Origin: Promethearchaeia archaeon
GTDB taxonomy: Archaea > Asgardarchaeota > Lokiarchaeia > Sigyniarchaeales > SOKP01
Assembly (NCBI GenBank): GCA_046497275.1
Contig: JAWOFX010000092.1
Coordinates: forward strand, 1 to 32,000
Reading direction: 5' to 3'
DNA length: 32,000 bases
This document shows positions 17,879 through 27,376 of this stretch, in pieces. Numbering within the stretch: the first letter of the stretch is position 1; each line of letters starts with the position of its first letter. The notes beneath the pieces were generated by a model, which was not told where the DNA came from, searched no databases, and saw only the letters and a program-made list of their open reading frames with translations. Position numbers and translations under genes: made by a program.

Positions 17879-18022
17879 ATGGAATTATTAGAGACAGAAA
17901 TTGAGATATATAATAGTAAATTAAGATTATTAAATTGGTTATGGGATGAGATAAAGTTATATGATGATAATTTAAAACAAGAAATTAATCAAAAGGGTAA
18001 AGAATTGCCCATAAATCTTTAA
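17879..18022 (+). CDS. Possible small helical protein (47 aa)
   Basis: MELLETEIEIYNSKLRLLNWLWDEIKLYDDNLKQEINQKGKELPINL; protein-like amphipathic composition. Confidence 0.4.
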   Translation: MELLETEIEIYNSKLRLLNWLWDEIKLYDDNLKQEINQKGKELPINL

Positions 18023-18146
18023 TTCATATAAAAAAACTAAAGTTTCAATTAAATTTCATTTATAAAATACTTAGATCCTCTAAAAATGATTTTTTATTTT
18101 TCAATTGATTTAAAAATAATTAGTTTCTTAGTTTTATTAAAAAATT

Positions 18147-19106
18147 ATGAAAAAAATGTCAAATTTATTGTCTAAGCTTCTTAAAAAACAATATATTCCA
18201 CTTTATATATGTTTCATACTTACACTTCTTCTTTATGGTGTTATTTATTTAATTGCCGCTTTTCCAACTATTTTGGCTCCTTTGGGAATTCCCGAAGTAT
18301 TCGTAGAAACCTTCGTTTTAATAATTCCTGGTCCATTATGGTCGGATATTATATTATTATATTTGTTTCCTTTATTAACTTATCTCGGAATACAATATCT
18401 TAGTCCTTATTCTACATTATTTTATACAAAATCTCATAAATCTTTCTATATCTTAAGAACTAAACCTATTTACGGTATATATCAAACTAAATCAGAAATA
18501 AGTGGTGCTAAATTATTACTCCGTTTATTAAAAGGAAGTTTTTTATGTTTTGTAATAGCTTCATGGTTTATACAAAGTGGGTTTCATCCTTATTTTCGAG
18601 ATATGACAAGTGCGGATCCAGCATATGAAGCCTTATTTAGAACAGAAGCATTATTTCTAGCAACTTTCTTTTTTACTCCATTAATTATTTTGATTTATTT
18701 TCCTCTATGGAATTTAGAAGATGCGGGTATAATTGCTTATAGAAAATTTAATAAGAAACGAAAAAACCCAGATATTGAAGGAGTAAATAGAATATTTCGA
18801 GATTTCATCGAATATTTTATAGGTTTTACAACTATATATGTTTATTTCAATCGTATATACAAGACATTTGTCTTTCTTCTGTATGAAAACCCCTATGGAC
18901 CGGACTTTGCTGCGTTATTTATTCCAATACTTTTAATATTTCTTCCTTTCCTTATTTCTGGTTTATTTTCTATTCCAATGCTCCTATATGAAATAAAATT
19001 TAAAAAAAATATGAATCGAATTCATGTATATTTTGAAATGAAAGATTTTTCATATATAGAAATTCCCAATTTTGAGAATTTGGTTAAAGAAAGAGATATT
19101 AAGTAA
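18147..19106 (+). CDS. Hypothetical multi-pass membrane protein
   Basis: 319 aa with about 6 hydrophobic segments; no family recognised. Confidence 0.85.
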   Translation: MKKMSNLLSKLLKKQYIPLYICFILTLLLYGVIYLIAAFPTILAPLGIPEVFVETFVLIIPGPLWSDIILLYLFPLLTYLGIQYLSPYSTLFYTKSHKSFYILRTKPIYGIYQTKSEISGAKLLLRLLKGSFLCFVIASWFIQSGFHPYFRDMTSADPAYEALFRTEALFLATFFFTPLIILIYFPLWNLEDAGIIAYRKFNKKRKNPDIEGVNRIFRDFIEYFIGFTTIYVYFNRIYKTFVFLLYENPYGPDFAALFIPILLIFLPFLISGLFSIPMLLYEIKFKKNMNRIHVYFEMKDFSYIEIPNFENLVKERDIK

Positions 19107-19140
19107 TAATTCAATATTAAATTTATTTCTTTTTTTTCGG

Positions 19141-20442
19141 TTAGATTTTTAAAATTTCAGTATCTTCGTAGCCTTCTGCCAATTTAGGTTTTATGAAATG
19201 AATTGAACTTAGATAAAAGGGGATTAAGCATAATTCTACAAAAATTGAAATTATGAATGGCGCTTTTAATCCTAAAAAATCAACGGCTAACCCTCCGAAT
19301 AAAGGTCCTATAATAAATCCAAAACTTCTAAAAAATCTATATGCTCCCATCATTTTACCTCGATGACCAATAGAAATTCTACTATAAATATTTTGCATTA
19401 AAATATTTCCAATATTTACTATTGCTGTATCAAATGTCAGGAGTAGTGAAAACAATATGATGTTATCAATATTGATTATTGCCCACGTAATAGAGGCTCC
19501 GATTATACTTATAATGAGTAATCCTAACGTTGGACTAATTCTATCAATGATATCTCCTAATTTAGGAGCAAGGAACATTGCGATAATACCACTTGGAATA
19601 TAGGCAAGCATCGCAAATATAGTATTATCAACAATCTCTTCAATAACATAGACATTTAGGAAAGGTTTAGCAAGCGATCCATTAATATTACTCAATAAAA
19701 TAACCAAACAGAAAAACAGAATTCCTATTAAAATACTATTGTTTGTAATATTTCGATTATTATTCAAATCTTCTTTATTTTTCACAGAGAAATTATTTTT
19801 TTCTGTAGGGAATTTGATTTTTTCATCAACCTTATAATGGAAAAGAATGCCTGCATAAAAGTTAGAAATCCCATAAATCAATATTGAACAATAAGTAAAA
19901 AAGAGATTATTTGGGAAAAAATAAATACCAATACCTAATATTCCAAAACCAAATAGTCCTCCTATAAATAATCCTTTTCCAACAGCAGAATCTCTTTTTC
20001 CATATGCATGGGATCGATGATTTTTATTAGATTTCTCAGCAATGATGGTATCAAAAGGAATCCAAAAAAATCCTACAAAGATTCCTATAGAAAATGTACC
20101 AATTCCAATATAAAAGAGAGATTTAAAGACAATAGCAAAATAAAGAATGAAATAAGCTATTCCTCTTCCGAAGGAACCCAGTAATATCAATTTAGTTCTA
20201 GATTTTATTTTATCGGTTAAATAACCTGTAAAAAATGTACTTATCAATAACCCAATAGTTTGAACTGAAAATATTAATCCAACATCAAATCCAGATGCGT
20301 TTAATTCTTGTGTAGCGTAAATAGGGATAATGAATTCTAAAAAGAAAAACCCAAGACTATTAAAAATTACATTATTGATTACAGATTTGAAATCATCGGT
20401 ATATTTCTTCTCTTGGTTTTTATGTGTGTTTCTTATCTTCAT
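19141..20442 (-). CDS. MFS transporter
   Basis: About 12 TM segments, motif A (GYLTDKIKSR; GDIIDRI), GFIIGPLFGG. Confidence 0.92.
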   Translation of the reverse strand: MKIRNTHKNQEKKYTDDFKSVINNVIFNSLGFFFLEFIIPIYATQELNASGFDVGLIFSVQTIGLLISTFFTGYLTDKIKSRTKLILLGSFGRGIAYFILYFAIVFKSLFYIGIGTFSIGIFVGFFWIPFDTIIAEKSNKNHRSHAYGKRDSAVGKGLFIGGLFGFGILGIGIYFFPNNLFFTYCSILIYGISNFYAGILFHYKVDEKIKFPTEKNNFSVKNKEDLNNNRNITNNSILIGILFFCLVILLSNINGSLAKPFLNVYVIEEIVDNTIFAMLAYIPSGIIAMFLAPKLGDIIDRISPTLGLLIISIIGASITWAIINIDNIILFSLLLTFDTAIVNIGNILMQNIYSRISIGHRGKMMGAYRFFRSFGFIIGPLFGGLAVDFLGLKAPFIISIFVELCLIPFYLSSIHFIKPKLAEGYEDTEILKI

Positions 20443-20770
20443 ATTCAGAGTAAATGTCAGATATATTTATCATAATAGTTAATGTAAATTATATTTTTTT
20501 AAAAATTGATTAAAATCGATTTCAAAATCTTAATCATCATAATTAGAGATTTTATTTGGAAAGTTATTGATGAATTTCATTTATAACATTCGTGAAAGCA
20601 CACTTTAACGCAGAAAGATATATATCTAAATGATATAGGAGTGATATATTCATTATTTTATAATTTGAAAAATGAAAACCATGAATGAATAATCAAAAAA
20701 TATTTGATACTGCTAATTTTTTTTAATTTACATGCTTTTATTTAAATAAGCATAGTTAAAATTATCGAGG

Positions 20771-23041
20771 GTGATTGCGATTCCACTTACAAGAGTAGGT
20801 AAAAAGGATCTTGTGCCGATTATTCTGGTACTTTTACTCTTATTCGTCTCAATAGCATGTGCTAATATGTTAATTCCTTCTTATGCTGCTATAAAAGATG
20901 AATTTGGTATATCTGAATCCTTAATTGCAATACCAGATGCCTTTTTTGTGTTAGTTAGTGCGTTTTTCGCATTAGTTTGGGGATATTATACTGATAGAAT
21001 AAATAGAACAAAATTAATCTTCGCTGGGGCATTTTCTTGGACAATTGGAATGCTTTTAACTGGATTTAGTATTAACTTGCCAATGATCATTTTTTCCCGT
21101 ATGCTAAGTGGAGCGGGTTTAGGATGTGTGTTACCTGTGGGGTATTCCATTATTTCTGATGCGATCCCTCCAGATGAACGATCTGGATGGTTCGGAATGC
21201 TTGCAATATTGAGTTCAGTTTCAAATGGTATAGGACAAGCACTATCATCATTTATTGGTCCTTTACTTACTTGGAGATTTCCTTTTTTCCTCTTGTCTGG
21301 AATAAGTTTAATAATTGTATTCTTTCTATTCTTTATTAAATTGCCCTATAGAGGGGCAAGTGAGATCGAATTAACAGAATTAGGGGATTTGAATCTTGAA
21401 TATAGTTATAGAATTTCTAAAACTGATTTAAATGAAATAATTGGAAAAAAAACAAATCAATATTTGGTTATTCAAGGGTTTTTTTCCATCATTCCCGGTA
21501 CAATTTTTATATATTTTTTAACCTCAATGTTTACTCTTATTTATTTTAATCCATTACCTCAAGAAATAAGACTTCAGACCGCTACTATTTTTGCAGGTTT
21601 GGTTGGAATAGGATATCTGTTAGGAAATATAATTCTTTCGGCACTTGGAGATTATTTATTTAAGAAAAATAAAAAAAATAGAGCAATACTAGCGACTATT
21701 TGTATGTTAGCTACAGTTCCAATCAGTTTATTAATGTTGTTCTTTATTCAGCCAATTGAATTAAATGCATTAGGAATAAGTTATCCATCTGTGATTTATC
21801 CCTCAGAAATTGCAACGTACTTATTTAGAACAATTGGCGCAATCTTTATTACCTATCCAAATTTTATTTTCTTTTTTATTTTTGCTTTGATTGGTTCAAT
21901 TTTAAGCAGTGGTCCCGTCGCAAATAGAAATGCTGTTATGATTGACGTTAATTTACCAGAACATAAAGGAACAGCAGCCTCCTTATTCAACCTTTCAGAA
22001 CAAATCGGAAAAGGTGTAACACTTCTAATCTCATTCCTACTGATTTCTTTACTGGGTAGTATTTACAGAATGATGATTTTTTCTGTATTTTTTTGGCTAC
22101 CCGCAGGGGTATTATGGTTTTTAGCAAGTCGTAAAGTTGAAGAGGATATGGAAAAGAAATCAAAAATCTTAAAGGAAAGAAAACAGATCACTTTAATAGA
22201 TTTTATTTTTGAACTTGAAATTCAAATGGACAGGGCAATACAAAAAATACAAGACTCTAAGTATTATATTAAAAAAGATAAAGAGAAATTTTTAGAGCTT
22301 TTAAATAACGCAATTGATATTCTAGAGAAATGTGAAAAACAATCTAAAGTAACAAGTATAACTAATATTCAAAATAAAACAAAAAAAATTAAAGAGAAAG
22401 CTAAACTCGTCAAAAATCAAGTGAAAGAGATTTATAAAGAACTTAAAAAGAAAGATATTCCAGAACAAAGAAGAAAAAGTCTTAATGAAGATTTAAACCA
22501 AATAAAATTATGGATGGGGGAGTGGGAAAAATCTACATTTGGCACTATTCAGACATATTATGAAGATGCGTATTTAAAAATATTAGAAGCAAGACTGTTA
22601 AGAAAAGTAAACTTTCTTGAGGCTTTATCTAAGATTCAAAATGCTATTAGCATTTATCATAGAGTTAAACATTTACTTAGTGAAAGGATTGATACGGTCG
22701 ATAAGAAGAGTGATTTATCTGAAGAAGATTTAGTTGCCTATGAAAAAGAAATGGAATTACAGAAAAAATCTCGCGACGCTCTATGGGCAACTATACATCT
22801 CAAAAACCAAATCGATGATGTAATCTCAAAATTAGAAGAACATAATATTGATAAAAAGGATTTAAAAAAAATCTCTAATCTCACCTCTGAATATGATATA
22901 AATATTCATAAAGTAATATTAGATACCTTCGCTCAAGATAAAACAACAAAAAGAAAATTAAAATTAATCTTGGATGAGATCAATAAGAGTTTTAATGAAT
23001 TCGACAAATTGTATGAATTGCAAGATCTTCAGGTGTTCTAA
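20771..23041 (+). CDS. MFS transporter with ~300-aa C-terminal soluble helical domain
   Basis: WGYYTDRINRT, SDAIPPDERSGWFG and DVNLPEHKGTA in the first ~460 aa; E/K-rich helical tail from about nt 22150. GTG start uncertain. Confidence 0.92.
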   Translation: MIAIPLTRVGKKDLVPIILVLLLLFVSIACANMLIPSYAAIKDEFGISESLIAIPDAFFVLVSAFFALVWGYYTDRINRTKLIFAGAFSWTIGMLLTGFSINLPMIIFSRMLSGAGLGCVLPVGYSIISDAIPPDERSGWFGMLAILSSVSNGIGQALSSFIGPLLTWRFPFFLLSGISLIIVFFLFFIKLPYRGASEIELTELGDLNLEYSYRISKTDLNEIIGKKTNQYLVIQGFFSIIPGTIFIYFLTSMFTLIYFNPLPQEIRLQTATIFAGLVGIGYLLGNIILSALGDYLFKKNKKNRAILATICMLATVPISLLMLFFIQPIELNALGISYPSVIYPSEIATYLFRTIGAIFITYPNFIFFFIFALIGSILSSGPVANRNAVMIDVNLPEHKGTAASLFNLSEQIGKGVTLLISFLLISLLGSIYRMMIFSVFFWLPAGVLWFLASRKVEEDMEKKSKILKERKQITLIDFIFELEIQMDRAIQKIQDSKYYIKKDKEKFLELLNNAIDILEKCEKQSKVTSITNIQNKTKKIKEKAKLVKNQVKEIYKELKKKDIPEQRRKSLNEDLNQIKLWMGEWEKSTFGTIQTYYEDAYLKILEARLLRKVNFLEALSKIQNAISIYHRVKHLLSERIDTVDKKSDLSEEDLVAYEKEMELQKKSRDALWATIHLKNQIDDVISKLEEHNIDKKDLKKISNLTSEYDINIHKVILDTFAQDKTTKRKLKLILDEINKSFNEFDKLYELQDLQVF

Positions 23042-23095
23042 AATCATGTTTATTAACACGTAAAAAAAGAAAAATGGGTGGAAGATTCTTATAAA

Positions 23096-23407
23096 TTAAT
23101 TTAATAACGTGGAACATTCTGCCTTTAATAAAATTTTATAATTCTCTTTTTCTCCCTCCGATAGCTCTTTAATTGCCTTTCCTTTTGTATGATAATGATC
23201 TGGGTTTTCAATATCAAAACATAAGTTCATTAAAAATATTATACAGTTTTTAATGCTCTCATAATTGTCTGCTTCTTTATCTAAACGTTTCATTAATCTC
23301 ATAAGATATTTAGAATTATATAACCATTTCTCTCTATTAAAATTGCTAAACTTATTATCTACAGATTTCTTGTAAAATTCTAGAATTTCGTCGATACACT
23401 TGTCCAT
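23096..23407 (-). CDS. Hypothetical protein
   Basis: Open frame to 23470; ATG at 23407 (MDKCIDEILEFY) looks the more natural start. Confidence 0.7.
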   Translation of the reverse strand: MDKCIDEILEFYKKSVDNKFSNFNREKWLYNSKYLMRLMKRLDKEADNYESIKNCIIFLMNLCFDIENPDHYHTKGKAIKELSEGEKENYKILLKAECSTLLN

Positions 23408-23611
23408 TTTTACCAAAATATAATTCATTTTCATACAATTGTGATAAATGCAAGTTGTTAGATAGTGCATTTTATATAAAAAGATATCTATATTTCTAAA
23501 GTTCCTTTGAAAAATAGGAAATTCTTTTGATTCAATGATAGACTTGATCTAAGGAGCTTTAAAAAGAAAGAAGTCCTACTGTTTTAAGGAAGTAAAAATA
23601 GAAAAAAAAAT

Positions 23612-24160
23612 TTATACCGCGATTTTTTCTATAAATTGATCAATATCTTGTTCTAGATCTACTACATCCTCAATTTCTTTAATTTCGCTACTCGCGAGTT
23701 TATTAAGAAATTCTTTCAAGAGTTTTTCTTTATCTTTATCTGTGGGAAATAAAAGAGAACTTTTATAATGCTCCCAGTCCAGGATGTTTGTGAATATTAA
23801 AAAAAGCGTTTCGATGTGTGAATATTCTATCAAACTTAATACTTTCTCTTTCGTGATAAGATCCTTTGTAGAATCTTTATAGAAGTTGCTAAGGTCATTA
23901 TAATAATTAGTTAGTCTTGCGATATTTTCTAATTGTGTCTGCAAGGCTGCTTGATTGATAGGGCTGTCTTTATCTTGATACATGATTTCAAAATATTGTG
24001 AAATGAAGTCCTTAAGCTTCTGAAGTTTTTGCTGAAAGATCCTTGTCTTTACAATCCTTTCAAATAGCGGGCTCTCTTTATATTTATAGAATTTGAGCTC
24101 AAATTTCACAAGATCGAGTATATCGAAAAAGAGCTCGCGGACATTTATATCTTCAGCCAT
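23612..24160 (-). CDS. Hypothetical all-helical protein
   Basis: 182 aa, preceded by SD-like GAGGGGT. Confidence 0.85.
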   Translation of the reverse strand: MAEDINVRELFFDILDLVKFELKFYKYKESPLFERIVKTRIFQQKLQKLKDFISQYFEIMYQDKDSPINQAALQTQLENIARLTNYYNDLSNFYKDSTKDLITKEKVLSLIEYSHIETLFLIFTNILDWEHYKSSLLFPTDKDKEKLLKEFLNKLASSEIKEIEDVVDLEQDIDQFIEKIAV

Positions 24161-24552
24161 ATATTTTACCCCTCTTATTTTTTTTTATTACAATAATATT
24201 TAAAATATTTTCCTATAAAAATAATATGCTATTGGTTTATAGATGATTTATAATCTGCTAAGTTCTTCTAATATTTCATTTAATAAAAAAGGTTGTTTGA
24301 GATGAAAAGATGAATCCTTGAAATTTAATTTACCGAATATTGAAAATTATATATTTATCTCTTTTACGACAAATATAACATACAAAATCAAAAAATACGA
24401 CAAAATTTTAGTTTGTTCTAGCGCAACATAAAAACCAATAAGATGTATATATTTTAATATAAAATTAATGGTATATATGTTGAAAGGTATATACGAGGAA
24501 AATGTATTTATCTTTTTAAGAATAAGTTAAGGGGTTAGGGGTATATTTTTCC

Positions 24553-25158
24553 ATGCTTACTAGTAGAGAGAATAATAAAGAAAAGATTCGATCTGAGATT
24601 GCAAATATTTTTATGAAAATATCTTGTGAAAACACTGAGAGTAATGAATTAGCTGAAATTGCACGGCAGGCAGTTCAGAAAGAAAATCAAAAAGAATTTA
24701 ATACTTCCTTAGAGCTTATTACGATATGGTTTCAATCTATTTTAGGTTTAAAAATATCACCTTCCGCAGGTAGATCTGATAATCGAAAAATTGCTAATAC
24801 ATCATTAAAACAATTAATAAAGAAAGTTAATGACTTTCATGATTTTATCTCTGCAAATGAATTATATTTAGGTTTTCTTCCAAAAATTAAGCAACAATAT
24901 ATTCAGTTGATAAAGAGTTGTCCTGAAGCGAAAAAAATATTAAATGAATTCCAAAATAAAGGGCATAAGAATTTGCAAAAGTTAAATTTGATTGAAAGCG
25001 ACTTTAAAATGTTTTTATATCATCTTGGGATATTTCCTAAAGATAATAAAATGAAAAATGAAGAGTGCCAAGAAAAACTAAGAATTATGGATTCTCTTAT
25101 AAAAATGATTGTTTTACTCCATAAACCAATAGGAAATGTGAATTCAAGGTTTCAATAA
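24553..25158 (+). CDS. Hypothetical helical protein
   Basis: 201 aa, preceded by GGGGT SD-like motifs. Confidence 0.8.
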   Translation: MLTSRENNKEKIRSEIANIFMKISCENTESNELAEIARQAVQKENQKEFNTSLELITIWFQSILGLKISPSAGRSDNRKIANTSLKQLIKKVNDFHDFISANELYLGFLPKIKQQYIQLIKSCPEAKKILNEFQNKGHKNLQKLNLIESDFKMFLYHLGIFPKDNKMKNEECQEKLRIMDSLIKMIVLLHKPIGNVNSRFQ

Positions 25159-25319
25159 ATTAATTTTCTTTTTCTTAAAATAATATTTTAATTAACTCTC
25201 TAACTCCCAAATTGAGTTTTAATAGTTTTAAATACTCTTTATTATTTTGATTTGGGTTTATATAGTAATTTAAAAACCTTGGGTGAGACTTAATATAAAA
25301 AAATCAAAAACATAACCTA

Positions 25320-25454
25320 ATGAGATATAAACATTTTCCTGCTGTTTTTGTTAAAAGAAATAAAAAGAGAGAAAGAAATCAAAAAATCAACTCATTAAAA
25401 GAAATTGATCCAATCTTAGAAAAGAAAAAAGTATTTGAGACCTTTTTTAGATGA
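25320..25454 (+). CDS. Possible small basic protein (44 aa)
   Basis: MRYKHFPAVFVKRNKKRERNQKINSLKEIDPILEKKKVFETFFR; may be a chance ORF in an A-rich tract. Confidence 0.25.
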   Translation: MRYKHFPAVFVKRNKKRERNQKINSLKEIDPILEKKKVFETFFR

Positions 25455-25483
25455 CCAGTGTAAGTAAGAGAGCAGATTCTTTT

Positions 25484-26341
25484 TTATTTCCTAATAAAAT
25501 CTCGAATAGAAGAAACAACCAAATCTGGATCATCGTGCATAATCCAGTGGGAAGAATCTTTACTTTTTATCACTTTTAAATCACTCACAAATTCAGAAAG
25601 ACCTTCATAAACAATAGGTTTAATATAACTGTCTTTCATACCAATAATAACTAAGGTAGGAACTTCAATTTTACCTGTCCAGTCATCATAACGCCTATTG
25701 GCTCTATAATAATTCACAGAGGTTTCTAGGACTTTTGGCTGCGACCAAGCTTGAAGATACATTGCTTTATCTTCCTTAGAAAAAGCGCTTTTATTACGAG
25801 CATTTTCGAAAACTGAGAATCTAAGCATTTGGAAATTATTTTGTTTAAGAAGCTCATCGCTTCCCTCTTTGATTAATTGAGAGATATATCCACTTGCTTT
25901 TCTCTGTTTTTTATTATCCTTAATCTTTTGACGAAAGATTTTATAATGTGGTGCGTTTATGATGATTAATTTATTGAGTAAATGTGGGTTTACTTCTGCA
26001 AAAGCCCAACTAATGAGACCCCCCCAATCATGCCCTACTAAGTTAAATTTATGTAGACCTAATTTTTCACTAAGATTCTTGATATCCTCTACAAGAATTT
26101 TTAGATCATAATCATTAACTTGTTCGGGTTTGTCTGATAAATTGAACCCTTTCAAATCGGGAACGATTAGTCTAAAATCATCTTTGAGTCCTTCTAAGAT
26201 ATTCTTCCAGCCATACCAAAAGTCAGGGAATCCATGTAATAAAATTAATGGATCCGCATCCTCTGGACCAACTAAAATAACATGAAGACTAATATCGTTT
26301 ATTTTTATAAATCTTTCTTCAACATCAGAATTAAAATCCAT
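25484..26341 (-). CDS. Alpha/beta hydrolase, epoxide hydrolase-like
   Basis: HGFP oxyanion motif, GHDWGG Asp nucleophile, cap tyrosines (SGYI, NYYRAN) and catalytic His in SHWIMHD. Confidence 0.9.
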   Translation of the reverse strand: MDFNSDVEERFIKINDISLHVILVGPEDADPLILLHGFPDFWYGWKNILEGLKDDFRLIVPDLKGFNLSDKPEQVNDYDLKILVEDIKNLSEKLGLHKFNLVGHDWGGLISWAFAEVNPHLLNKLIIINAPHYKIFRQKIKDNKKQRKASGYISQLIKEGSDELLKQNNFQMLRFSVFENARNKSAFSKEDKAMYLQAWSQPKVLETSVNYYRANRRYDDWTGKIEVPTLVIIGMKDSYIKPIVYEGLSEFVSDLKVIKSKDSSHWIMHDDPDLVVSSIRDFIRK

Positions 26342-26378
26342 TTTATAATTTCACCAGATTAATATCAAGATATAATTA

Positions 26379-27275
26379 TCATTTAAATTTTTTCCCAAAT
26401 AGAGTGGCTTTTCTATGAATTTTTAATATATGAATGGGAGATCGCATCATAAACCCCATATCATCCGAGATGCAGTTACGTAAGTCTAAAAACGTATTAT
26501 AATATCTCTTTTCTTGTTTAAATTTTCTATTATTTCCATAAGCTAAATACCTTTTTATAATTTTATCCAAAATGACAGTATCTTCATATACATAATAATT
26601 AAAGGTTCTTAATGACCACTTAACTGCTTCTAATTGATATTTAATGGCATTTAATGAGCGAAAAGGAGATATTAATAGAGAAAAAAAAGAAATCATTAAA
26701 TTCATCACTAAGCTTTTTAAAATCTCCCAAGTTGGGATTTTTGGTCGTTCGATGAGTGTATTTATCGGAACACCATACAAAATTTTATTACTATCAATTA
26801 CATTATTAATAACTATTTTTCTTGGAGCAAATAACACACTAAAAACACGATTTACTTCAAACATCTTATGAAATAATAGCTTACAAAAATGGGATTCAAA
26901 GGTTAGAAAATGACTTACAAACATTCCTGTGGATTTTTGAATCGCAAATAGAACTTTTTTCGGAAGATTTTCATTTGCTTCACGAAATTTATGCTTAATC
27001 TCTAATGCAGAGATATATTTCTCGCACTCCCTCATTATTGCTTTTGAGACATCATTGGAGACAATTATTAATAAATCACAGTCAGATATTGATTTGTTAT
27101 CCTTCCTTTGTGGAACCTGACTTCCAAAAAGAGTTAGAGAGATAAGGTTTTTTAATCCAATCTTTTTTCTAATTATTTTAAAAATATTAATTATGTAATC
27201 TTGAGATTTTTTATTCAAATTTTCAATATTTGATTTTAATTTCCCAAGAGAATTTTTTACATTATCAGTTTCCAT
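26379..27275 (-). CDS. Pol-beta-superfamily nucleotidyltransferase domain protein with C-terminal helical domain
   Basis: LTLFGS...SDCDLLIIV (hG[GS]...DxD). Confidence 0.8.
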   Translation of the reverse strand: METDNVKNSLGKLKSNIENLNKKSQDYIINIFKIIRKKIGLKNLISLTLFGSQVPQRKDNKSISDCDLLIIVSNDVSKAIMRECEKYISALEIKHKFREANENLPKKVLFAIQKSTGMFVSHFLTFESHFCKLLFHKMFEVNRVFSVLFAPRKIVINNVIDSNKILYGVPINTLIERPKIPTWEILKSLVMNLMISFFSLLISPFRSLNAIKYQLEAVKWSLRTFNYYVYEDTVILDKIIKRYLAYGNNRKFKQEKRYYNTFLDLRNCISDDMGFMMRSPIHILKIHRKATLFGKKFK

Positions 27276-27376
27276 TTTAATATGAAAAGGTTATCATTGA
27301 AAAAAATGCTGCTAAAACTATTAAACTTTTCAAAGTTTAAAAAATAAAATAAGAGAAAATAAAAAATAAATCAGAT

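Noticed and set aside
18209-18403. 64-aa alternate-frame ORF
   Set aside because: Lies inside the 319-aa membrane protein gene; no independent evidence.
20616-20627. Perfect 12-bp palindrome AGATATATATCT between divergent MFS genes
   Set aside because: Mostly an AT dinucleotide run; not distinguishable from background or a TATA element.
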